DNA of 64,000 nucleotides, filler included, from Basidiobolus ranarum (lineage: Eukaryota), in assembly GCA_040143965.1 (NCBI GenBank). It is 6 parts of 6 records of this genome, joined end to end, with 100 filler letters (N's around TTAATTAATTAA, not from the genome) between each part and the next. Parts side by side here need not be neighbours in the genome. Positions count along the whole stretch, not along the records: positions 32,350 to 43,018 come from JASJQH010000680.1; positions 43,119 to 53,769 come from JASJQH010000681.1; positions 53,870 to 64,000 come from JASJQH010000737.1; 3 more parts are not named here. One strand, written 5' to 3'. Made by a program: the position numbers and the translations under genes. Below are positions 40,376 to 54,035 of the stretch, piece by piece; within the stretch, counting starts at the first letter, position 1, and the number at the start of each line of letters is the position of its first letter. Under the pieces are notes generated by a model, which saw only the letters and a program-made list of their open reading frames with translations, did no database searches and was not told the DNA's origin.

Positions 40376-43018
40376 AAGCAAAGTACGAACGGTAAGTTAG
40401 TTGGTACTGAAGATAGCGGAGTTATATATTCGCATGGAATATACAGATACAATATCTGCTCTATCTGTCAACAAATAATCACCGCTTTCGTTTGTTTGGG
40501 AAAGACTCGTTTTTTGTAACCAAAATCCCCAAAATTAAACGGAAATTATTAATCCTCGAGAAGACATTGTTGTAATGAATATAAGTTTGAAAACAATGAG
40601 ATGAGTAATACACCTACACTTTCATCGTCACATTAGGATGTGCCTATAATTGTAGAGCCTTCATGATTGAACCGATCATTTTGATATAGGCAGATGCCAA
40701 AGACTCATAATTATTCGTTTCGCTTATTAAGCAGATAAGCATGATTGTTCGCAATATCATTGAGCTTTGTTCTACTGCCTTGTGGTTGCATATTGGCGTT
40801 AACTATCCATGTCACGCGTTTGTGAAAGCTGCTCAATAAGTTCGTTTGGAATTCACCAACTATATGCTTGTAATAACCGACTGCCATTATGACTTTACCG
40901 TTGCCATCATAATTGATATTGATGCATCTATATTTATGTATTTTCGTTACTCTCTATGTATAATTCCTGTGGGCTAGGGTGGTTTTTTACCAATAGTTAT
41001 GGAAAATACAGAAAGTGATGCACCTTTTGATGATAGCCAACCACCCGCTACCATAACTTGTGATGATTTTTATTCTTGCAGTGTCCAATGCGTGACTTCG
41101 AGGTATAAACCCTATATTAATGTTCAACATCCATAGATCGATGTTTTTACAGAGTCCTAGTCCAACGGCAGCAAAAGCTCTTCTAAGGAGTAGAGAACAT
41201 CTTGATTGGGTTTCAACGAGTGATGTGTATGCTGACTGTGCATAATGAAAGCAAAGTCTAAATTTCACCAACTGTTGATGGATATCACTGAAATTCACTA
41301 CAGAACTGGTTTGAAGTTGATTGCTAAGCGATACTGTTTTCTTATTACCTCGGTAATTGCATCTTGGTTTAGCATGCTAGTCACATATTTCCAATATTTG
41401 TTACAGCGATCCCGGTGTGACCGGATATTCCAATTCAGTTTATATTTCCTTCAAAGTATCAACGAATTGTTGACTCCACTAAGCAATGGTGCGTTTGTTC
41501 GTATTTATATTTACATTTCTATAGGTACTCACTCTAGGTACTTCATATGAGACAATATCTTCCGCCTGGATAGCTAGTATATGCCTTCGTCATACTTGGT
41601 AGAGGTTTGAGATTACTCATGAAAGGTAGTCGGGGGCAGTCTCTTCGAGTACATGATTGGCCCAGTAAGCCAATTATCTGACCAGGAAGATCGAAAGCTA
41701 TCTGAGTACTAGATTGTATCAATATTCACCTATCCTCTGTATAGATTAGTGTTGTGTTGACGAAGCAATCTGATAATAGGTTGAAAATTAATGATCAGAA
41801 AATTACTTTTTACAGTCACTCGACAGATGATAATTCAACAATAAGCTTTGAAATAACCAGCCAATTTCCCACCCAAACAGCTGGCCTTCATTTTTACTAA
41901 GATTCTCTTGTGTCAGAAAACTGGAACAGGTTTTATTTTTTGTAACCATGGAACCTTCTTGAAACCCTATCAAATCTCGTTTCAACTCGATGTCGTTTCC
42001 ATCGACTGTTATCGTCACAAAAAATGGGAGCTTTTCCCAACTTAAAGGGTAAGAGGCCATTGAGCAGGCCTAGGTCAAGTGTCAGCTTCGAATGGTCTAT
42101 ACCTGAGCAGCTCGATGGCTCGACTCAACGATTGCAAAGACATTCCCACGAGTTGTTCTCACCGCATTGTTTTAATCAAGTTCTCTTCCCTCAAACAATG
42201 TTTTGATAGTATAGGCCATAGATGTTGAGGCTATCTGGAAACCTTCTGGAATTCTCGAACCCATCCAGAATTCTGCAGTAAAGTTCATTTCACCATCTTT
42301 ATCACGGTTGAATCGCAGGTGATTAGTGCTCGATGTATAGAAGTTTCTCATGCACACATGTAAAACGCATTGTTGCTTGGTTTGATGATGGAATATCGCA
42401 GGTGTGCAGTTTCAGACAAATTCAGCGAGATTTAGCCGTTATCTTCCAATCAATGTCATAGATGAGTCCACCGTCCATTTTTAGAATACCCAAAGTGGGA
42501 TAGGCTGATGAATTATTGAATTGTCCTTCTATTGACCAAGGGTTAGGGTAGATGTGAACCAAATCTAAGACGAAAAGAGTGTGATAATAGCACAACATAA
42601 ACTATCAATATGTATAGGATCGTTCTCGCAGCGTACTAAATTGGTCAGTGTTCTGAATTCATTCATTGGTTTTGGATGAGATCATGATAATATATAGACT
42701 TTATAGTGGATATTTACAATTGAGATTAAATTAAACAGAGGTATGTAGACTTGGAATGCACCAAGTGCAGTGGAGAGGCTAATACGATTACAGCTCTATT
42801 GTTAAGGTATGCGATGTCGCCAGCTATCGAAGAATGAGCTGTTCTAAAGATAAAGGACAAGTCTGGCTAGAGGCTAATTATAGGGCTTTGATATAGTCTG
42901 TAGGGTTGGTGCTTATGTTTCCATGTTCAAACGAAGATTCCTCGGTTGAGGATATGGGAATTTGTGTATCGTTTTTGGCTGGTGTGTAGGCATGGTTTAC
43001 CCTGTTTTGTCTAGAACA

Positions 43019-43118
43019 NNNNNNNNNNNNNNNNNNNNNNNNNNNNNNNNNNNNNNNNNNNNTTAATTAATTAANNNNNNNNNNNNNNNNNNNNNNNNNN
43101 NNNNNNNNNNNNNNNNNN
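43019..43118. other. Artificial contig spacer
   Basis: N44-TTAATTAATTAA-N44. Confidence 0.97.
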
Positions 43119-45705
43119 AGAAAACCATTGAGAACTCCATGATGTTTGTTTAGAGATTAAATGAGGTAGTAGAGAAGTTGTACTGTTGATGCTGCTTTCG
43201 CTGGCAAAGTGAAAAGACTCCAAGTGAAGGGTATTTATACTCCAGAATACGAAGATTGCTATGGATAAGTGATTTGCAATGATATTCTCCAACTAGAGTC
43301 TATGATCTATTATTGTTCAGGAAAGTACTAGACTTGAGCACTCTGAAGGGGGAGGAGTAGCGGAAACTCGTTTGGATTAGATATGTATTAAAAACATCTT
43401 GGGAGGTAAGAGTATTTTTGTACAGATTAATTACTCATTAATAAGAGAATTTGGAGGGCTGAAGGCAGTCCCAAGTAAATAGAGGCCAAAATTGTATCGA
43501 TTTGTATCCTTGAAAGGTCATATTCATGATTGAGCAATGTAGTGCGTTGAAAATGAATAGAATCTGGGCGGGTTTTAATTTTTGTGCGTCGAGGCTATAA
43601 AAAACCGGATTTCAAATGATTTGGAAGGCCAAGCATCTCAATATATACCATTCTGATACCTCCTGGTGAGTTATTCTTAGAGTTCTAAAACTTTGAGATC
43701 CTTTTCGTACGGGAGCATAATGGGGTGAACTGTCGGTTCTAACACACAAAGCTTAATAAATTAATATGCAAATATCGGCGCTGACTAAGATACAAAGCAG
43801 AGGGGAATTGGCCCAATTGGCCTAGCCAGAGGCATGTGGATTAAGTCCCGACCTTGGTGGTCAGCCCTTCTCTAGCCCAGCATGCCCGGTGGATATTGTT
43901 ATGCTGCATTAGTTGTGGCCGGGTTTCCATGAGATAGTGATCAGAAATCCAATTGGGTAACTACAGGATTGAAGCGAAACCATAAAAGCCACTGAAGCTC
44001 TAGCGCTCACATGGACATAGAGAGTCTATCATAACAGGTGTTTGTATCTAGTGAATGGCAAGGGTTCATGGCATGTGTTTGATTAATTGAGTGACATCAT
44101 AGTATGCACTCAAGATGGATTGCGGCCAGCAACAGAGCCTAAATAGAAATGATAGTCTGAATGCTGGCTTTGGTACTCCACGAGACCTAGGGAGCGAGCA
44201 AATACCCGCTGTGGAATCCGGGCAAGATCTATCACTCTATCTTGAATTAGGCTCATTTTGTCGTGCATAGGATGTTTGCGTTAGTGCCCTCATATCTATT
44301 CCCACCATGGTGCAGTGGCTGCGAGGCTGGCTGTTGTTGGTTGAATGGTGAGTGTTCTCAACCCCCTGTTGGATGGTTTCAAACTGCAGTACAACAGGAT
44401 ATTGGAAAGTCTTGATCACCAAGTAACCATTTGAGACCATGATTAATTTCCGTTGATTGGCAGCATATCTGGAGATTTGCTCTATCCATAACTGGGGAAG
44501 TCTGAGTCCTATTGATCCAATAACGAACAAGTGGATTGGTAGTATGAAGTGGACTATTTCCAATGAGATAAGGTTTCATCTGCTAGCTCGCATGCTGAAA
44601 TGAATTTGTGTCATGAGCAATTGCTACACTTTTCAATATTACCAAACCAGTGAAGATGAAGGGGAGCTCCATCCTATATTCCCTTCGCAAATAAACCCGA
44701 CTCGAACTCCATGCTCTAGCATTCGTTAATTGAACACCTACTTCTCCCATGGAGGTAGATGGCTTGACTTGATCATTAATCTATTCTATATTCGTAAGCT
44801 ATGATATGCATCTCCTATATAGCTATACACGGTCTTTCTTTGGGTGGGTATGGGAACACGACAAATGATGAACGGTCCCTATGTAGCGTCGTAAAATATC
44901 TGGAGGGTTTCGCCAATGTGGTGAAAATATAAATACTATTACTTACGGTATGTGTCGGCTGGAGCTGCTCCAAAAATTCGTTCTCAAATGGAGTACAACA
45001 TGCCATCATTTTTTTCAATTCTGTTTCTTATGATTCACCTCCTACCGTTGGTCCAACTGGCTTTCCCTTCAGTCAAGAGAGTAGCTATACATATACGAAA
45101 CTCTGAGAATAGCTCTGGAACAAGAGGCATCTCGTACCCCGGGCGTAAATGTTGGGTGCTGGGTATACCATGCACTCATCACTGGTGGCTGGTGCTTGAG
45201 CTGAGATTAAGACCAGAGAGCCGACTTAATCGAGGAAAGTCTTGAATCTAAAGAAAGTCATTGCATATGAGGCATAAGTCAAACTTTGGAGTTTGTGGCC
45301 CTCTCACACCATCTTCATCTGCTGTCATTGTATAAACGGCTCACCTAAGTGTAATTATCTTGTAATCTGATTGGCATATTTAACTATCGCTTGCTTTATC
45401 TTAACGTAAATGTTTGTAACAAAGTCTTTATCTATTATTTCCAACTGTATATATCTAAAACTTCTATTTGAGATGGGATTTTTTTTTCGGGATTAGGGTC
45501 TTTTAGCAGGATCCCTGAAAACGGCCATTACAAAAGTGGATTGTGATTCAGAAACTGCTCTTCCTTCTCGATTATTCGTGTACTCTTTCAAGGGGTAAGA
45601 TTTCTTTTCTGGATTATTAACTGAACGCAACTATTGATAGATGCATGTAGACATGTAGTGGATTTACCATATTAACAATATACATATATATCATTAGAAC
45701 TCAAT

Positions 45706-46038
45706 ATGCGTTATATTGCTGCCTATCTTCTTCTCACCCTTGGTGGTAACCAAGCCCCTACCTCCGCTGATGTTGAAAAGCTTCTCTCTTCTGTTGGTAT
45801 TGAAGCCGACTCTGAGCGCCTTAGTAAGTTGATCTCTGAATTGGAGGGCAAGAACGTTGAGGAACTTATCGCTGAAGGAAAGAGCAAGCTTGCTTCCGTA
45901 CCTTCCGGTGGTGCTGCCTCTGCTTCATCCAGCGGTGCTGCTGCTGCTGGTGGTGCTGACGCTGCCCCTGCTGCCGCTAAGGAAGAAGAAGCCAAGGAAG
46001 AGTCTGATGACGATATGGGCTTTGGTCTTTTCGACTAA
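45706..46038 (+). CDS. RPP2: 60S acidic ribosomal protein P2 (5' UTR intron 45595-45697)
   Basis: [10 protein letters not shown]...Ala-rich hinge...[13 protein letters not shown]. Confidence 0.98.
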   Translation: MRYIAAYLLLTLGGNQAPTSADVEKLLSSVGIEADSERLSKLISELEGKNVEELIAEGKSKLASVPSGGAASASSSGAAAAGGADAAPAAAKEEEAKEESDDDMGFGLFD

Positions 46039-46490
46039 ATTAAATAACCATTTATGCATTTCTTCTTTTGTAATTATGCCTTGACGTTTTACTAAGGAAC
46101 GTACCATGGTTGTTATAAGCATAATAAACATTCGAGGTGCATACTTTATCGACTATATAGCACGAAATATTCAATTTGATCTTCCCAGTTTATAATGACT
46201 AATGTATTGAATCATTATGAGATAGAGAAGCGGTTATCAATGAGATAAAAATGAAACAGGCCCGACCGACGCGTCAGATATCAATACTAATGACTGTTTA
46301 AATCGGATGCTTTTAAAATCACTCAGCTAAAGTGGATCATTTTTCACCAACATATTTCATATATTCACCATGGAGGTGTACTGGAGAAAATGGCTTTATA
46401 TAATAATAGTTGAGACGTATAAACGAAATCAAGTGAAAGGATCTAAAAATAAACTATCGAATCACTAAATTATGAGTGGAGGGTCAAGAC

Positions 46491-47534
46491 TTAAGCGCTG
46501 GGTCGATTCTCCTCGACTTTCAAAGTGAACTCATCATTTTCCAAATTCTCCATTTGAGTGTCCACTGGTTGGTAAGTAGCTGGCTTCTTTGAGTCATCAA
46601 GACCGTACATGTAACTGGAGTAAATGACTAGGGATGAGCCAACAATGAAAAGAAGAGTAATATGGAAATCGAATAAATATATAGAGAAGAAGCTGGAAAC
46701 GATAATCGAAATACTGGTAGCGAATCCTTTAAGAATATTATCGGCGTATTTAACCACTATAGCAACAATAATACCTCCACAAGCTTGACAGGCAATGGCC
46801 ATAACAGTGTAGATGTTGTAACCGTACAAAAAGCCGTTAGTTAATACGCTATCTCCGTCCATCCATAAGACGCCCAAAAATAATGCTGGGAATAACGAGA
46901 AAAAGGATAGTTGAATATTGCGCACCCAAAGAGAAGCGCGAGTTCCTTTGAGGATTTTCTCAAAGTATACACCTGCTAAGCCAGAAATAATACAAGCGCA
47001 CACTACAGTAGCTAGACCGAGGAGTTTTTGGTTACGTTTGTCTTCAGTAGTTGAAGTCTTGGTTGGAAATTGAACCAAAACAACACCAACAGTAAGTATC
47101 ACCAAAGCCAGCCACTTCTTCAAGGATAAGCTTCTACGAAGGATGATTACTGTGCAAAGAGCGGTAGTAAGGATTTTAAGTTGGTAAGTGACCTGAAAGG
47201 TAGCAGCATCTAAAAGAGTAACCGCCACATATTGAAGATTATTTTGTAGCGTGTATAGACCAGCAGGAATCATAAGTTTCCAGGCATCTCTACCAAAAAT
47301 TTCAGAAAATAGTTCGCGAGGTTTAACATGCCCTTTGGTGTTCAGTTCATCACGAATATGCATACATAAACAAATGATTAATTTGGCAAGTTCGGATAAT
47401 GTAACGGCGGTAGAAGTAGCATAACGCGGTAGAATGTCTCGAGATTGAGTCATAACAAGTACTAGGGCACTATTTTGAATAACCAGAATGATTAAACTCA
47501 AGTATTTCATGGGAATTTTCTCCAGTAGTGACAT
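46491..47534 (-). CDS. Golgi nucleotide-sugar transporter (UDP-Gal/UDP-GlcNAc; SLC35A/Gms1 family)
   Basis: IPAGLYTLQNNLQY, ATFQVTYQLKILTTA, SGLAGVYFEKILK, VVKYADNILKGFATS; multiple TM segments. Confidence 0.94.
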   Translation of the reverse strand: MSLLEKIPMKYLSLIILVIQNSALVLVMTQSRDILPRYATSTAVTLSELAKLIICLCMHIRDELNTKGHVKPRELFSEIFGRDAWKLMIPAGLYTLQNNLQYVAVTLLDAATFQVTYQLKILTTALCTVIILRRSLSLKKWLALVILTVGVVLVQFPTKTSTTEDKRNQKLLGLATVVCACIISGLAGVYFEKILKGTRASLWVRNIQLSFFSLFPALFLGVLWMDGDSVLTNGFLYGYNIYTVMAIACQACGGIIVAIVVKYADNILKGFATSISIIVSSFFSIYLFDFHITLLFIVGSSLVIYSSYMYGLDDSKKPATYQPVDTQMENLENDEFTLKVEENRPSA

Positions 47535-48355
47535 CTGTTGAAGAGGAACATTAACGACAAGTTACAGATAAGAAAACTGTGGTGTTTTTTCCATTCCCGA
47601 ATATGAATTACGAGAATTTAAAAGTGAATGAATACCTTGATAGTTGAGTATTTGCTCAAATGAAAATAAGATGTAGTTGAGTGGTATTCAAAAAAGCACC
47701 AAATTTAGTGGGCTTAAGAAAAGAAGTAAAGCTCAAAGTTATGATATAAAGGAAAAAGATAGTCAAGTTCAAAAGGCGCAAATTACTCCAAGGCAGATAA
47801 GGTAATTTAAAGCAGAATTCTTAGGTTACGCCTGATTGCATCAAAGAATAGTGTGTAAATCATTAAATAAAGCCAAAAAATTGAAAAAGGATCAAAAAAG
47901 AGGCCGTTTAAAAAATAGATCATAGACTGGTATATAATCCAGTAATACTGTGCCCAAATTTTGCATGATTAATGATGCTTTAGTTACTGATTATTTTCAG
48001 AAATAATATCAGTATTATTCATCTAAATATAGAACATAAATGGCAAGTCTCTATTGGTAGATATTAACAATGTGCAATTTAGGGCTTTTCAGTGCAACAT
48101 AGATGCTGGAAAATTGATGAGGCTTGTTGTTTTTCTGGTAGCTTCAACGACTAAGATGTTTAAGCTTGTGGATGATGATTTGTCTACTTCCTCTCTGATC
48201 AATGAAGGGAGACATGCTTGGTGGATGGTAGTGGTATACATTGTGTAGAGCTGGTGGGATTAGCAAAGTACATGGTTCTCACTGAAAAATATGCTTATTT
48301 GTCATGAGTTTATTTTATTTTAGATAGGTAATAGTTCCACGTTTACGAAACTAAA

Positions 48356-48893
48356 CTATTGCTCCATAGAGTCAGTGGATTTGGCAGAGCGATCCTTACG
48401 TTGAAGGAGAGCCTTGCGGTCTTTGTCGAGCTTGATGTTGGTAACAACAACTTTGGAAGGGTGAACACCAATAGCGGTAGTAGCACCGTTGACCTTCTCA
48501 CGAGTGAGACGTTCTATGTGAATAACCCACTACTTACGATAGACCTGAACAATCTTGCCTTCACGACCTTTGAAGGAACCACGAACAACTAAAACTTCAT
48601 CATCCTTACGGACGGGAATAGAACGAGCGTGATACTTTTCTCTCAATTCCTTGGAAAGGGAGGCTGACATGATCTTTCTGCGAATGCTAGAAGTAACGGC
48701 AAAGTGAGCCTTTCGGCACTTGCGGCGGGAGGAGCTGACGTCTGTAAATGAATGTTCGAAGTTTAGTTTAACTCAAGAAATTTTGTTTGACGAATTGTGC
48801 ATGTAGTTGTTTCGTTTCAAAGGAGACGATAGCAATTAAGTGATGGATGTTATATTCTATAGAATAGGATTATTTACCTTGGCTGAACTTCAT
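48356..48893 (-). CDS. RPL26: 60S ribosomal protein L26 (uL24); exons 48893-48878, 48741-48356
   Basis: [19 protein letters not shown]...[27 protein letters not shown]...[11 protein letters not shown]...MEQ*. Confidence 0.97.
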
Positions 48894-51800
48894 CTTTATC
48901 CCCAGGCACTACGCGTAGTTTGGTAGTATATTTGAAAGAGAAGGACTCCGCCATTAATTTTCCCTGATTTTTGTTAAAGTTGACAGATCACGTGATTATT
49001 TGCACATTTGGTTGGTGCTGATTGCAGATCCGAAAAAAATTTACATGTTTAGCTGGGATAAATAATTTCATGAGGAATTACTCCAAGTATTTACTTTATA
49101 TTTTATCGATAAATAGTCTCGGCAGTTTTATATTTTGTTGGCAGTTGGCTTTAATTTGGAATCTCAAGTCTTGATCACGAGATGGCAACAAGTGATAGGA
49201 AAGAGAGACAACGCAATATCACATTGACACTAGCAAAGCATTGAACAATCTTTACTAGGAGTGATCCCAATGTTACCCATATTGGTTGTCAATGTAATCT
49301 GCTTTTTAGAAATCGGACTTGATCAATCAGGAAACATAGTGTCACTGAGAATATTAAGCATTCCAGATTATTGATTTATCTGATTTGTTGGAGTCAAGTA
49401 AAGACAGTGGTTTGTGAATTTCCATATATATATGTATATGATTACGCATCTTATCCACAGTTGTAGATCAACTAAATCAAACTCTCCATGGTTGAAGCTT
49501 ACCGAGGTTTCCTTCATCAAAAGTTGTGAAATAAATGGGTTTTCCCTATCCATTAATTCTACTGCATGATAAATCTGAAGTGTCCAGGTATTTTCTCGAA
49601 CTGGTATAGACTGCGTTGTTCCTGCAATATAGCTTTGGAAAATTCATTTTGCCCATACTGAAGTTTCTTCATTGACTTGTTCTTGATTTGTTATCACATA
49701 ATTTCTTTCGGTTTTTAAATCCGGGTGAAATAGGATACTTTACTTGAATATGTTTTTACAACTTAAGAGCAAGGGTTTTTACCGCCACAGTTCGAAAAAC
49801 TCAAGAGGTTCCTGGGTTATTTACTCTTAAGAATGTCAGGGAGAATCTATATGCCAAGCTACAAAATCAGGAAGAACTTGTACTCAAGGTCGAGTCAATA
49901 CGAATGCGAGATACCAGTGGAACAAAGTCACGTGAAAGAAGGTACAGAGCTTGAAGAGCAAACATATTCGTGTTGAATCCCAATCGTTCTCATTGTGTAC
50001 TGTACTATTTCAAAGTCTATGACGGAAGTTAAGAAACCTGTCCTGATGTTTCTCCTAGCCAGACCACAGTATCCCCTGATATTAATTCTAGTAATCGGAA
50101 GTTGCTAAAGCAAGCGTATCTCCTCTACTCAAATTAAAATTCGTGAGTTCGTTCTCGTTGGACTTTCCAAGTGGCTGAAATCACATAGGAATCAAAAAAT
50201 CAAATATAAATTAATCGTACTTCATGTCAAAACCAGTCAAACTCGCCCCGAGTAAATGTGTTTCAGTAGGTTGAGGTGAGTTCTCAAGTCTTTCGATGAC
50301 AGATTACGCAATCGAATGATGATCTCCAGATGTGCCTCTAGTGGTGGCCTACATATGTAGAAGACACTCTATACCAATATCCATTGATATGAGAGAATGT
50401 GGGGGTACAAACAAGTCAAGGATAGCAAGTCTTGTCTCACTGCAATATACAGCATACTGCTCTATTATACTTTCGGTAGCTATGGAGTGTAATATAGCAG
50501 TATAGCTAGATCTAGGATATATTTTTGGTATGATGATCTCTGCTAGCGGCTTTCCGTAATTAATATTTAGAATTTGAGGAACTAGGGATTTTTTTGAAAG
50601 CCTAGATGAGTACTCATGATTATAGATATCTCATCTCTTTTACAATATATTGGTCTGTGAGCCGAATTGCCGAGTAGCAGTTGTCTGCTTATAGACTCGG
50701 CGGCTGAGTTCTTGATCTGTTTAAATGTACACAATGTGGGAATCCCTCTGTAAACCATGACGTTTGATTTTGAGCTGTTGGTAGCAGCAAATCAATTCAA
50801 AGGGCAACAGCAATGCTCATGACTATTTTGGTATGGATATGAGGAGTTTGTTATTATACGAAGCTATATATTTCTTTTGGTACTACTATCGAAGAGAGTT
50901 GTCATAGAACTCCCATATATATCTACGTAAGGTAGATCAAAATGGTTAGTTTTCTCATTAGTTGAGCTTGTGCTGATGATTATCAGCTTGCTACAGATAA
51001 ATCGAGCCTTCATTGTTACTGACATGATCATGGGGTTAACTAATCTCTATTCCTGTGAATATAATGTGCTTTTGTGCTATCATCGGATTTACCAGTCGCT
51101 GGGTCTGTGGAAGCCATCATGCGCACTCCACTGCCTCCAATCTCGTCATTTGCTTCGGAACAAACCCGCTGAATCAAGAAAATACTGCACCATTCTATGA
51201 GTTCAGCTATGTAAATCACTGAGAAAAGACACAAGTGAACAAAGCTGGCTGTAACGTGTTTTTACCATATACCAACGAGGTATCGCCCCATGGAAGGTTC
51301 TTTTGCCGGGCCATTTGCAAATGATGAGGACTGAATATTGCTACTTTGCCTTGTAAGAGGTTACTCCGATCAGAAGGTACCGATTAAGTATGCGAATATC
51401 GCTCGGGTCTAAATCATGCTCACTTGACGAAGTTTCGATTAGATAAATCCCATTCCAACATTCCGTTTCGGGATGAATTAATACACTACACTTTAATTAC
51501 TCGCCGCCAACAACTGGTGTATACTTGAGCTAAAATGGTAACGATTATAGTCTCCACAATTAAGGATTGAGCAACTCTGATGCGGACTCCTCAAGTTCGG
51601 AAACGTTTGCCGAATAGATTTAAGTATTCCAGAAATCACACCCCAATCCTATTGCCTATATTCCGCACTTGTAGACTCCATGGAGAAAAATGGCCTCTGG
51701 CAATGTCTAATGACGATTATACGCGCACCGCGTCCAACCCTAACACATTTGTCATCTATTCGATGGGATATACACCGTATCCACTCTAACCTGGAGAACT

Positions 51801-53486
51801 CCAGGTAGGTTGCCACCGCAGGCATGTTCCAGCTCTGGGAAGTAAATGAATTAGGATTCAAAAAGTAAAGTATGCAATAAACAACGATTGAATTCGCAAG
51901 GCCTCGAAGGTAGTTCTCCAAGATCACAACAAGCTAAAAGCCCCTAATATCTGATCTAATACATCATCCATAGTCAATTCTAACGTATCAGATTTAGAAA
52001 TATTCCACGATTGTGGCTCTGCACCGGTTATAAATTCCCATGAGCCTTGGAGGCATGAGGTTAATTATTACTTTCTCAATGGCTGTCTATTATAAATTGC
52101 ATACCGACGCACCGACGAAGTATGACTTGGGCTGCACTGTAGAGCCATTGTCGGAAAGGGTTCCGAGGAGTGTTTGAGACATCGAGAATCTTGCTTGTTC
52201 AACAAGATAAACTTGCTTGTAAATGAAGATTCTTTACATGAGGTAAGGGGATATTAAGATAAAAGGAAATTGGTGGTTCACTATGTTGTATTTTGGAATT
52301 GGTGTATTGGTTGATACTACACACTTGATATTGATCAGTGGCCGCTTTGAATTTATTGTGCTATTGCAAAATCGGCGCGAATTTCTGTGTGATATGAACT
52401 GGCTAGAATCCTGTAGCGTGCTTAATTTTGCCAATAATAGCTTTATACGGTGGTGGTACACATTCACTTTACCGCTGTTGATATGTTCTTTTTGTAACTG
52501 TGGTTGGACCTTGGGCGAGTACAATATTGATCATAGATATCTAGTTCCCATCAACACGAAAAGTATGCTTGTCTTCTCTGATTGGTTCTGCAGAATATGA
52601 CTACTGTTTGTAAAAATAATCGCCGATACATTCCCTATTGATATCGCTCTGCAAGCCCACTAAGATTGGGGTAAACGTTCGCCCACCCGTTGCTAATTGA
52701 TGGTAGTATTCTTCTGTTCCGGATTACAGTTTGGGCTATCGAGAGGACACTGATCATCTACCAGTTTCTTTTCAACATATATGGAGAACGATCAAATTGC
52801 TGATGCACAAGTATGCAGCTGTATCGATCAGAAGAATACAACCCATACGTTGAGCCTGTAGGCTCTCCTCTTACCACAAGAATAGATTCGCCTAGGATGT
52901 GCTCTAGCATGGGCTTTTGAATGGTAATCGCATGGCTCGAGAGGAGACTTGGGGCCCATTACTGAATCCTGCATTTATAATCATGTCGCAGTGGAGATGT
53001 GTGAATATAGTGGAACTACAGCTGTGAGGGAGTTTGAAATCTAGCAGATTAGGCAGGTGCTGGTCATTTGGTCACTATGATGAGGCCCAACCTTAACAGG
53101 TCTGGTAGAAATAAAGTAACGTATCCACTAAATCAACGATTCAACTCACTCCTCATATTCTGTTCTATTCTGTTACTGAGACTGTCCTACCTGGCTCGAT
53201 CTTAATACTAAATTTACAGTTCGATCTATTAAGTCCAACAACTCCGTTGACTTCAATTCAAAACATTAGTTCAATACCAGTTTATCGGTTTGTGAAAACA
53301 TTGGCCAGACGCTTTCGATCATTGTGATTTCATTTAAATTAGTATATCTTTTTTGGGGAGGAGTGAGGCTGAGTAGCGAAATATTCGGTGTGGAGAGGAA
53401 TCTATAAATTTGAGCGACTCTCCCCGTATATCGCTTATACGATTCTTATAATATCATTATACCTTCACACTTTTTATTCCAAAGCT

Positions 53487-53769
53487 ATGAATCTGCTTAC
53501 TACTGACTATGTGCGCTTCCCTGAAATGATTGCTGCTCCACATTATATGCAGAATGCTGGACACCCTTCCGAGGTTTACATGAACATCTCCCTGTTCCCG
53601 TTCAACACGATTAATAAATGCTTAACGACAAAGCAATATACCTACTGTGTCGTTCCAGAGGGATATCACGCGCTTCTAGTCCCCGAGAGAGACTACCAAA
53701 TCCTCTCGAAAAAGATTGACTCTGTAGAAGACCAACTTTCCCCAGTAGCCGAAGCTCCAAAAAAGATCG
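53487..53769 (+). CDS. 5' fragment of an unknown gene, cut by the spacer
   Basis: MNLLTTDYVRFPEM...VVPEGYHALLVPE...VAEAPKKI, then N. Possible short intron from gtttac. Identity not determinable. Confidence 0.45.
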
Positions 53770-53869
53770 NNNNNNNNNNNNNNNNNNNNNNNNNNNNNNN
53801 NNNNNNNNNNNNNTTAATTAATTAANNNNNNNNNNNNNNNNNNNNNNNNNNNNNNNNNNNNNNNNNNNN
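53770..53869. other. Artificial contig spacer
   Basis: N44-TTAATTAATTAA-N44. Confidence 0.97.
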
Positions 53870-54035
53870 TTTTCATGTGTTCGTATTTGGCTTGAAGTTG
53901 AACGATGGATAGCTCCAATTGATTGCGCAGATCTTTTGTAGGTTGATTTGTATTGAGATTTACACTGACTAGGTTATCGGCGTTTACCACTCCAACGGCG
54001 AGTGAGAGCGCACACAAAGAAAGTAAAGATCTCAT
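53870..54035 (-). CDS. N-terminus of a secreted prepro-protein, possibly a pepsin-like (A1) aspartic protease; cut by the spacer
   Basis: Signal peptide MRSLLSLCALSLAVGVVNA|D. Propeptide-like LVSVNL...QLQAKY resembles A1 prosegments. TATA-like TATAAAAAG about 100 nt upstream. The catalytic domain is not visible. Confidence 0.5.

Noticed and set aside
45595-45697. Intronic snoRNA in the RPP2 intron (also checked RPL26, 48742-48877)
   Set aside because: No convincing C/D or H/ACA box arrangement seen by eye.
45723-46131. Antisense and alternative-frame ORFs over RPP2
   Set aside because: Shadows of an Ala-rich, highly biased CDS.
48090-48248. 50-64 codon ORFs between the transporter and RPL26
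   Set aside because: No recognisable motif; the region lies downstream of RPL26 and upstream of the transporter.
53487-53769. Mating-type/HMG-box gene suggested by the ending ...APKKI
   Set aside because: Sequence is cut by the spacer before any HMG residues; speculation only.
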